DNA of 32,000 nucleotides from Gemmata obscuriglobus (GTDB lineage Bacteria; Planctomycetota; Planctomycetia; Gemmatales; Gemmataceae): NCBI RefSeq assembly GCF_008065095.1, contig NZ_CP042911.1, positions 6,000,001 to 6,032,000 of the forward strand, read 5' to 3'. Shown piece by piece: positions 25,660 to 32,000 of this stretch (position 1 is its first letter; each line of letters starts with the position of its first letter). The notes under the pieces were generated by a model. It saw only the letters and a program-made list of their open reading frames with translations, ran no database searches and was not told where the DNA came from. The position numbers and the translations under genes were made by a program.

Positions 25660-26969
25660 CGGTCAGCCCCCGCCGCCGCCAGGAGATCGTCGACGCCCTG
25701 CGCCGCGGCACGGTCCCGCACAGCAGCCTGGACGCCTTCGCCGTCGGGCTGGAGCGGCTCGAACCCGTGTTCCAGGAGGAGCTGCTCGCCGTCAAGGCGG
25801 GCGGGGCCGCGTTCAAGGCGTGCCGCGGGGACTACGGGTGCGGGAAGACGTTCCTGGCCCGGTGGCTGGCAGACCGGGCCCGCCGGCTGGGGTTCGCCAC
25901 GGCCGAGGTCCAGGTGTCGGAGACCGAGACGCCGCTGCACCGGCTGGAGACGGTCTACCGCCGGCTGTGCGAGCGGCTGGCCACGGCCGATGCGTCGCAA
26001 GGAGCCTTGCGGAACCTGATCGACGGGTGGATCTACGCCCTGGAGCAGGACGCACTGGCCGAGGGCGGGACGGGGGACGAGGGCGAGCTGCTGGCCCGGA
26101 CGGACCGCCTGATGGAGCAGCGGCTGGCGAGAGTCACGGCGGCGGCACCCACCTTCGGCACGGCCCTGCGGGGCTACCGCCGGGCGCAGGTGGCGGGGGA
26201 CGCGGCGACCGCCGACGCGATCCTGGCCTGGCTGGCCGGGCAGCCGAACGTGGCCGCGGCGGCGAAGCGGGCGGCCGGGGTGAAGGGGGAGATCGACCAC
26301 TTCGGAGCGTTAACCTTCCTCCAGGGCCTGCTGACGGTCGTCCGGGACTCCGGCGGTGCCGGCCTGCTGGTCGTACTCGACGAGGTGGAGACCCTCCAGC
26401 GGGTCCGCAGCGACGTGCGGGACAAGGGGCTGAACGCGCTCCGGCAACTGATCGACGAGGTGGACGGGGGCCGGTTCCCCGGCCTGTACCTGCTCGTCAC
26501 CGGGACACCGGCCTTCTTCGACGGCCCGCAGGGGGTGCCGCGGCTGGAGCCACTGGCCCAGCGGCTGCACGTCGACTTCAAGACGGACGCCCGGTTCGAC
26601 AACCCGCGGGCGGTGCAGGTGCGGCTGGCCGCGTTCGACCTGGACCGGCTGGCGGCGGTCGGGTGCCGGGTCCGCGAGATCTACCGGCAGCACTGCCCGG
26701 CGGCCGACCGGATCGCCCGCCTGTGTGACGACGCCTACGTCCGGGATCTGGCCGCAGCGGTCGCCGGGAAACTCGGCGGGCGGGTGGGGATCGCCCCGCG
26801 GGTGTTCCTGAAGAAGCTGGTGGCCGACGTGCTGGACCGCGTCGACCAGTTCGCCGACTTCGACCCGCGGCGGGACTACGCCCCGACGGTGACCGAGGGC
26901 GAGCTGACGGCGGCCGAGCGGGCCGCCGCGCAGGCGACCGACGTGGACGACATCGAGTTGGACCCGTGA
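25656..26969 (+). CDS. brxD: BREX type 2 ATP-binding protein BrxD (DUF2791-like)
   Basis: GTG at 25656 overlaps the pglZ stop (GTGA). N-terminus RRRQEIVDALRRGTVPHSSL. Walker A CRGDYGCGKTFLARWL. Walker B LLVVLDEVETL. Confidence 0.85.
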   Translation: MTVSPRRRQEIVDALRRGTVPHSSLDAFAVGLERLEPVFQEELLAVKAGGAAFKACRGDYGCGKTFLARWLADRARRLGFATAEVQVSETETPLHRLETVYRRLCERLATADASQGALRNLIDGWIYALEQDALAEGGTGDEGELLARTDRLMEQRLARVTAAAPTFGTALRGYRRAQVAGDAATADAILAWLAGQPNVAAAAKRAAGVKGEIDHFGALTFLQGLLTVVRDSGGAGLLVVLDEVETLQRVRSDVRDKGLNALRQLIDEVDGGRFPGLYLLVTGTPAFFDGPQGVPRLEPLAQRLHVDFKTDARFDNPRAVQVRLAAFDLDRLAAVGCRVREIYRQHCPAADRIARLCDDAYVRDLAAAVAGKLGGRVGIAPRVFLKKLVADVLDRVDQFADFDPRRDYAPTVTEGELTAAERAAAQATDVDDIELDP

Positions 26970-29068
26970 CCCCTTTCGACCACCTCCACCCGGCCCTACG
27001 GCACCACGTCGTTAACAGCCTCGGCTGGACGGAACTTCGTCCGTTCCAGGAGGCGGTGATCGAACCGGCGTTGGCCGGTGAGCACCTCCTCATCCTGGCC
27101 CCCACTGCCGGCGGGAAGACCGAGGCGGCGGCGTTCCCGGTCCTGTCCCGGATGCTGACCGAGGACTGGCGGGGACTCGGCGTTCTGTACGTCTGCCCCA
27201 TCAAGGCCCTGCTGAACAACCTCGACGCCCGGCTGTCCCGGTACTGCACCCTGCTGGGCCGGCGGTCCGCCCTCTGGCACGGGGACGTCCCGACCGGGCA
27301 GAAGAAGGCGATCCTCCGCGACCCGCCCGACCTCCTGCTGACGACGCCGGAGTCCCTGGAGGTGATGCTCGTCTCCGGCTCGGTGGACGAGCGCGCCCTG
27401 TTCGCGGCGTTGCGGGCGGTCGTGGTCGATGAGGTCCACGCCTTCGCCGGGGACGACCGGGGGTGGCACCTGCTGTCCGTCCTCGCCCGCCTCCGGCGGC
27501 TGTGCGGGCGGGAGTTCCAGCGGCTGGGCCTGTCCGCGACGGTGGGGAACCCGGACGGGTTGTTGGCGTGGCTGACCGGCGGGTGTGACGGGCCGCGGCG
27601 GGTCTGCCACCCGCCGGGCGGCACGGCCGCGGCGGAAGCGGACGTGAAGCTCGACCACGTCGGGTCGCTCCGCAACGCCGCGACGGTCATCTCCCGGCTG
27701 CACCGGGGGGAGAAACGGCTGGTGTTTGTGGACAGCCGGTCGCGGGCCGAGCAACTGGGGCGGGAGCTGCGGGCCCTGGAGGTGACGGCGTTCGTCACCC
27801 ACAGCTCGCTGAGTGCGGACGAGCGTCGCCGGGCGGAGGAGGCGTTCGCCGGCCGGGACGATTGCGTCATCGTGGCGACGAGCGTGCTGGAGCTTGGGGT
27901 CGACGTGGGCGACCTCCACCGGGTCATCCAGATCGACGCCCCGACGACGGTTTCGAGCTTCCTCCAGCGGATGGGTCGCACCGGGCGGCGACCGGGCGCG
28001 TCGCGGAACTGCCTGTTCCTGGCCACGGACGACGACTCGCTGTTGCGGGCCGCCGGGCTGATCGGGCTGTGGGCCGGCGGGTACGTCGAGCCGGTCACCC
28101 CGCCGCCGGAACCGTACCACGTTCTGGCCCAGCAGGTGATGGCCCTCTGCCTTCAAGAGCGGGGGATCGGCCGGCGTGACTGGGCGGCGTGGGTCGACGG
28201 GGTGCCGGGCTTTGCGGCTATGCCGGACGCGCGGCCCCACGAGGTCATCGACTGGATGCTGTCCCAGGGGCTCCTGTGGGAGGACGGCGGGCTGCTGTGG
28301 CTGGGCCGCCGGGGCGAGGAGGAGTTCGGGCATAAGAACTTCATGGACCTCTTCTCGGTGTTCACCTCCCCGCCGCTGTTCGCGGTGCGCTACGGCCGCC
28401 AGGACTTGGGGTTCGTGGACGAGGCCAGCTTTACCGCCCGGCGTGAGGGGCCGCGGGTCTTGCTGCTCGGCGGGCGGGCGTGGCGCGTCACGCACCTCGA
28501 CTGGCCCCGGCGGGTGGCCCACGTCGAGCCGTCCGAGGAGGCCGGGCGGTCACGGTGGCGGGGCACCGGGCCGTTCGTCGGCTTCCGACTCGCCCAGTCA
28601 ATTCGCTCCGTGCTGGCGGGGGAAGACCAGTCTCCGCTGTGGTCGCGACGGGCCCAGGACAAGGTCGCAGAGTTGCGCGAGGAGGCGTCCTGGGTGAGTG
28701 CCGACGGGCCAACGCTGCTGGGCCTCGCGGGCGGGGCGGTGGAGTGGTGGACCTTCGCGGGGACGCGGGCCAACGCCACCCTGGCGGGCGCACTAAGCGG
28801 AAGGTGCGGGGGACGGATCGACCACGATGGCCTCCGCATGGTGTTCGAAGGGGCCGGGGGGCTGACCGCCGTCGAGCAGGCGGTGCGTGAGTTGCCCCCG
28901 GTAGAAGACCTGAGCCCCGCGGTCGAGGAGGAAGCCCTCGACGGCCTCAAGTTTTCGGCCTGCCTCCCAAAGGATCTCGCCCTCGCCGCCCTCGCGGCAC
29001 GGCTCCGCGACACCGCGGCTGCCCGGGCGGTACTGGCCCAGCGGATGCGGGTGGTCGTTGGTGGCTGA
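26966..29068 (+). CDS. brxHI: BREX type 2 Lhr-like DEAD/DEAH-box helicase BrxHI
   Basis: GTG at 26966 overlaps the brxD stop (GTGA). Helicase motifs: LRPFQ, ILAPTAGGKTEAA (I), VVDEVHAF (II), LSATVGNP (III), QRMGRTGRR (VI). 700 aa. Confidence 0.88.
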   Translation: MTPFDHLHPALRHHVVNSLGWTELRPFQEAVIEPALAGEHLLILAPTAGGKTEAAAFPVLSRMLTEDWRGLGVLYVCPIKALLNNLDARLSRYCTLLGRRSALWHGDVPTGQKKAILRDPPDLLLTTPESLEVMLVSGSVDERALFAALRAVVVDEVHAFAGDDRGWHLLSVLARLRRLCGREFQRLGLSATVGNPDGLLAWLTGGCDGPRRVCHPPGGTAAAEADVKLDHVGSLRNAATVISRLHRGEKRLVFVDSRSRAEQLGRELRALEVTAFVTHSSLSADERRRAEEAFAGRDDCVIVATSVLELGVDVGDLHRVIQIDAPTTVSSFLQRMGRTGRRPGASRNCLFLATDDDSLLRAAGLIGLWAGGYVEPVTPPPEPYHVLAQQVMALCLQERGIGRRDWAAWVDGVPGFAAMPDARPHEVIDWMLSQGLLWEDGGLLWLGRRGEEEFGHKNFMDLFSVFTSPPLFAVRYGRQDLGFVDEASFTARREGPRVLLLGGRAWRVTHLDWPRRVAHVEPSEEAGRSRWRGTGPFVGFRLAQSIRSVLAGEDQSPLWSRRAQDKVAELREEASWVSADGPTLLGLAGGAVEWWTFAGTRANATLAGALSGRCGGRIDHDGLRMVFEGAGGLTAVEQAVRELPPVEDLSPAVEEEALDGLKFSACLPKDLALAALAARLRDTAAARAVLAQRMRVVVGG

Positions 29069-29198
29069 CCGCCCGCCGCATGGATGGTTCTCCGCCATAG
29101 CAAGTCGCGGGCGAGTAGCATCGGGATGCATGCCACCGCCTCACCGGCCGCACCAAGCTTGACTAGATTGGCAACTGTGAAGCGGTGATGCGAAAAAT

Positions 29199-29513
29199 TC
29201 ACGCCCACGATTCGGGTGCGCGGCCCGATATTGGGAGATCGCGTCCGAGAGCCGTGCGCAGGAGTTCCAGCGCACGGCTGAGTTTCTCGTCGGATAGCCC
29301 TGCGAGGTCGTGCCCCGAACGCCCGCACCGGTTGCAAGACGGAGTGATGAACGCCTGGATCAGAGCCGCCAACTCGGCCTGCTCGATGCTGGTGAGTCGC
29401 TCGAAGTCGATTTCGTCGTTGCGATCTGTGGGTGGGTCGAAGGCGCGGCCACATCCGGGGCACGGGCGGCTCCGCACCTGCCGTTCGAGTTTGGTGACCC
29501 GGCTCGTCTTCAT
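29199..29513 (-). CDS. Small zinc-ribbon protein, member of the local N-terminal-motif family
   Basis: ATG at 29513 lies within track ORF 29199..29597 and overlaps the stop of the upstream gene (ATGA). MKTSRVTKLERQVRSRPCPGCGRAF...CNRCGRSG contains two CxxC pairs. Confidence 0.6.
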   Translation of the reverse strand: MKTSRVTKLERQVRSRPCPGCGRAFDPPTDRNDEIDFERLTSIEQAELAALIQAFITPSCNRCGRSGHDLAGLSDEKLSRALELLRTALGRDLPISGRAPESWA

Positions 29514-29704
29514 GCGCGCACCTCTTGAGGTTCGACCGGTGCCTCGACGATCTCCTCGACGATGACCAGCACGTGGCACCCTCCACACCGCCGGCACCGG
29601 TCGGCGTCGCTCGGCACGTGCCCCTCGGGCGCGAGCCGGAGCGTGCGGCCGTCACACCGCGGGCGCGTCGCTTTGAGCCTCTGGAATCGTGTACGCAGGG
29701 ACAT
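29510..29704 (-). CDS. Small Cys-rich protein (64 aa), member of the local N-terminal-motif family
   Basis: ATG at 29704 lies within track ORF 29510..30196. Sequence: MSLRTRFQRLKATRPRCDGRTLRLAPEGHVPSDADRCRRCGGCHVLVIVEEI... It is translationally coupled to the next gene. Confidence 0.55.
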   Translation of the reverse strand: MSLRTRFQRLKATRPRCDGRTLRLAPEGHVPSDADRCRRCGGCHVLVIVEEIVEAPVEPQEVRA

Positions 29705-29724
29705 CGTTCGGCCTCCGTTGGTGC

Positions 29725-30051
29725 TCACCCGCGCCGCATGACCTGATCCAGCGCGGCGACGATCTGCTCGTCGGTGGCCGGCAGCAGGAGCGCGTCGGGA
29801 TACGCGCCCGGGAACCGCTCGCGCTGGTCCCGGAGCCACGCCTGGTGCTCGGGCCGGAGGGTGCCCAGGAACGCGAGCGCCTGAACCGCCCAGCCAGTGT
29901 GGTCCGGGTGCGTCGGGTCCAGGTCCGCGGGGCCGAAGTCGCCCCGCAACAGCCCGCGGCCGAACGCCACCGGATCGGTCGGCAGATCCGTGCCCGGGCG
30001 GGCCGGCGGGATCCGGTCGGCGAGGGCGCGAACTCGGCGGGCGAGGCTCAT
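29725..30051 (-). CDS. Hypothetical protein (108 aa), member of the local N-terminal-motif family
   Basis: Track ORF begins MSLARRVRALADRIPPARPG... Its start overlaps the stop of the upstream gene by 4 nt. GC3 is high. Confidence 0.6.
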   Translation of the reverse strand: MSLARRVRALADRIPPARPGTDLPTDPVAFGRGLLRGDFGPADLDPTHPDHTGWAVQALAFLGTLRPEHQAWLRDQRERFPGAYPDALLLPATDEQIVAALDQVMRRG

Positions 30052-30518
30052 TGGCGGCTCTCCGGTGCGTCGGGGCGGTCATTGGCCGCGTGACTCGTGC
30101 GCCCGCCGCACGCCGGGCAGGTCGGGAACGCGCGGAGGTCGGCGAGCGGGCGCGGGTCGCTGGCGGGGACGAGGACCAGCGGGACCGCGAGCCCACAGGA
30201 TCCGCAGTGGTGCCCGAACCAGAACGGGCGGGGCGGTTCGAGCACCCACCGCACCAGCGCCTCGGGCAGCCGGTACCCGGGCGCCGGCGCCGGTACCCAG
30301 CGGGCGAACGGGGCCCCGACCCAGGACGACAGGGCCTCGGAGTCCTGGCCGTACGGCTCGTCCAGCCGGGCCGCCATCCGCTCGCGCAGCGCCTCGGTCA
30401 CCAAGGCCAGGAACGCGGCCCGGTCGCGGGTCCAGTCCGGCTTCGGGGGCGCCGGACCGGCCGCGGGACGGCACGCGACACGCGCAGTCAGCGCCTCGAT
30501 TCGACCGCTCAACCGCAT
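30048..30518 (-). CDS. Zinc-ribbon protein (156 aa), member of the local N-terminal-motif family
   Basis: Track ORF begins MRLSGRIEALTARVACRPAAG. The C-terminal HHCGSCG...CPACGG provides two CxxC pairs. Confidence 0.65.
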   Translation of the reverse strand: MRLSGRIEALTARVACRPAAGPAPPKPDWTRDRAAFLALVTEALRERMAARLDEPYGQDSEALSSWVGAPFARWVPAPAPGYRLPEALVRWVLEPPRPFWFGHHCGSCGLAVPLVLVPASDPRPLADLRAFPTCPACGGRTSHAANDRPDAPESRQ

Positions 30519-30527
30519 GGCACACCC

Positions 30528-30920
30528 TCACCAGTTGGGAAGGGATTGCTGCTCGTTGCCCTTGACCAGCGCCTCCAGTTCACTCATCCGCACCTCCAAC
30601 TCGGCCACCTCGCGCACCTTGAGGCCGAGCTCGAGTATGGCCCGCGCGGCCCCGAGCCTCGTGGCCGGCGGTGTCGAACTGCCCTGGAGTGACAGCAGCG
30701 TGCGGACGGCCTCGCCGGCGGCCGCGGTGAGCATCCCGGCGCACCGCCGCACCATGTCGCCGCGGAGCTCCGCGAGCCGGCTCTTGAACGCCGGGTCGTT
30801 GAGCCGCCGGTACACGGTGCGGTCGGTCAGCTCGCACTGCTTGGCCGCGGCCTCGACGGTGGCCCCGCACGCCAGCGCCAGCAGCAGCTTGTCGTCGTTC
30901 TTCTTCACCCGGTCGCCCAT
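30528..30920 (-). CDS. Phage-type helix-turn-helix DNA-binding protein (130 aa)
   Basis: ATG at 30920 with GGAGGAG upstream, lying within the 474-aa track ORF 30528..31952. KLLLALACGATVEAAAKQCELTDRTVYRRLNDPAF is a clear HTH, followed by a helical C-terminal region. The remaining upstream part of the track ORF is Arg/Gly/Pro-rich and overlaps better genes. Confidence 0.75.
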   Translation of the reverse strand: MGDRVKKNDDKLLLALACGATVEAAAKQCELTDRTVYRRLNDPAFKSRLAELRGDMVRRCAGMLTAAAGEAVRTLLSLQGSSTPPATRLGAARAILELGLKVREVAELEVRMSELEALVKGNEQQSLPNW

Positions 30921-30933
30921 GTCGCTCCTCCGC

Positions 30934-31110
30934 TCAGGTCGGTTCGCGGTGCCCCGGTTGGGGCTCGGCGTGGTCCCACACCACGGTCGCCCGGCCGGGC
31001 CACACCGCGGCGCCCGGGGCTCGGTCCTCGCCGTCCGTGATCGGTAGATACATGCGGACCGCGGGACGGACACGCGCCCCGTGCCGTGCGGCCCGCGCGG
31101 CCAGGGCCAC
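30934..31110 (-). CDS. Possible small ORF or degenerate sixth paralogue of the local family
   Basis: Own translation of a frame not listed in the track: ..GGRISARVVALAARAARHGARVRPAVRMYLPITDGEDRAPGAAVWPGRATVVWDHAEPQPGHREPT*. GC3 is very high. The only starts are GTG at 31110 or ATG at 31053. The family-like motif RISARVVALAAR lies upstream of both. Confidence 0.3.
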   Translation of the reverse strand: MALAARAARHGARVRPAVRMYLPITDGEDRAPGAAVWPGRATVVWDHAEPQPGHREPT

Positions 31111-31168
31111 GACCCGCGCCGAGATTCGTCCGCCGAACGCCCACTTCGTTCTCCCGGGCTGATCCGTG

Positions 31169-31471
31169 TCAGCCGTTCCCCGGCTCCCGGGCTTCGAGCG
31201 GGTCCGGGGCCGGCGGGTCGAGTTGGTCGAGCCCGAGTACGATCAGCAGCCCGAACGGGGCCAGCGCGCCGTCGGGCACCACCGGCTCGCCGGCGGCCGG
31301 GTCGTACACCAGGGTGCCGGCGAGCGAGCCCGGCGGGCCGTCCCGGTACAGCCCCGGCGCCCGCCCCTCGGCCCGATGCACGGGAACCGCCTCGACGACG
31401 TGGAACACGCCCGGCCGGGGGCGCCCGGCAACCCACTTCGCGACCTTGTCGACCCGCCCGGTGAGCCGCAT
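31169..31471 (-). CDS. Hypothetical protein (100 aa), member of the local N-terminal-motif family
   Basis: Track ORF: MRLTGRVDKVAKWVAGRPRPGVFHVV... It lies immediately downstream of the methyltransferase on the same strand. Confidence 0.6.
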   Translation of the reverse strand: MRLTGRVDKVAKWVAGRPRPGVFHVVEAVPVHRAEGRAPGLYRDGPPGSLAGTLVYDPAAGEPVVPDGALAPFGLLIVLGLDQLDPPAPDPLEAREPGNG

Positions 31472-31513
31472 CGGGTGCTCCTGCGTCAGGTAAGTTCGGA
31501 GCGCCGTCAGGGT

Positions 31514-32000
31514 TTACGCCGCGGCCCGCTCGGCCTTCTGGCCGGTCAACGACTCGAACCGCTGGACGATGACGTCGCAATACCGCGGGTCCAGCTCGAG
31601 CAGGGCCGCGTTCCGCCCGGTCTGCTCGGCGGCGGCCAGGGCGGTGCCGGAGCCGGCGAACGGGTCGAGGACGAGGCCGCCGGGCGGGCACGAGTTGTTC
31701 AGCAGGTACGCGAACAGTTCGGCCGGCTTGGGTGTCGGGTGGTCCGGGTTCTTGGCGGGCTTGTCGAACTCGAGCACGGTGGTCTGGGACCGGTCGCCGA
31801 GCCAGGTGTGGGCGGCCCCGTCGATCCAACCGTAGAGACAGTTGTGCACGACGATGCCGTCCGCCACGTAATGCTTGTCCCGCTCGACGTCCATCGACCA
31901 CACCTCGAGGTCGTGCACCCGCTCGAAGCTGGTGGCCGTCAGGTCGCGCCACTCGAACCGCTCGCCGGCGGTGGGCACCGGCACCTGCATCACGCCCGGG
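31514..32000 (-). CDS. N6/N4 DNA methyltransferase (N6_N4_Mtase, phage ParB-methylase type) interrupted by an intein; 5' part lies outside the window
   Basis: The reading frame is open to the window edge. C-extein: CLYGWIDGAAHTWLGDRSQTTVLEFDKPAKNPDHPTPKPAELFAYLL..LVLDPFAGSGTALAAAEQTGR. This gives an HPTxKP catalytic motif followed by the FxGxG AdoMet motif. Confidence 0.85.
   Translation of the reverse strand, partial: PGVMQVPVPTAGERFEWRDLTATSFERVHDLEVWSMDVERDKHYVADGIVVHNCLYGWIDGAAHTWLGDRSQTTVLEFDKPAKNPDHPTPKPAELFAYLLNNSCPPGGLVLDPFAGSGTALAAAEQTGRNAALLELDPRYCDVIVQRFESLTGQKAERAAA
31841..32000 (-). other. C-terminal portion of an intein (blocks F and G) inside the methyltransferase gene
   Basis: ..SFERVHDLEVWSMDVERDKHYVADGIVVHN followed by Cys+1 (codon 31838-31840). 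Compare the canonical mini-intein end ..VFDLTV...HNFVANDIIVHN/S,C. Confidence 0.75.

Noticed and set aside
30528-31952. 474-aa minus-strand ORF and 316-aa plus-strand ORF (30097-31047) spanning the small-gene module
   Set aside because: Only the last 130 codons of the minus ORF (HTH protein, with its own GGAGGAG RBS) look real. The rest is Arg/Gly/Pro-rich and overlaps better-supported genes in other frames, including the methyltransferase.
1-32000. Scan for CRISPR arrays, tRNA, rRNA and long tandem repeats
   Set aside because: I saw no regularly spaced direct repeats, no tRNA-like cloverleaf candidates and no rRNA-like conserved stretches. The GGTTCGATCG..ATCGAAC hairpin at about 7827-7847 lacks acceptor and anticodon arms.

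Overview
High-GC (about 65-70% by eye) bacterial chromosomal window. The gene content hints at Planctomycetota, but that is a guess and I could run no search. There are three blocks.

(1) 1-7385, minus strand. It starts with the N-terminal part of a secreted Zn-phospholipase-C-like gene. A four-gene operon follows: tail-collar protein, 1541-aa secreted coiled-coil giant, second tail-collar protein, signal-peptide pesticin/T4-lysozyme-like muramidase.

(2) 7870-29068, plus strand. A relic DDE transposase fragment is followed by a complete type 2 BREX (Pgl) locus: pglW-pglX-pglY-pglZ-brxD-brxHI. The locus is interrupted or decorated in four ways:
- An inverted-repeat-flanked, frameshifted GxxExxY (PD-(D/E)XK) cassette sits exactly in the pglW-pglX spacer.
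- A 73-nt solo copy of the same repeat lies in-frame inside pglX.
- A roughly 1.3 kb low-GC mosaic segment starts right after the pglX NPPY motif.
- A Septu-like AAA ATPase + HNH nuclease pair sits between pglX and pglY.

(3) 29199-32000, minus strand. This is a tightly packed phage-like module of small proteins that share an N-terminal motif, several with zinc ribbons. It also holds an HTH protein and a DNA methyltransferase whose coding sequence carries the C-terminal end of an intein (..ADGIVVHN|C). The methyltransferase gene is cut by the window edge.

No rRNA, tRNA or CRISPR array was recognised. Many long ORFs in the supplied track are antisense or alternate-frame artefacts of high GC. 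All family assignments come from motif recognition by eye, not from searches.
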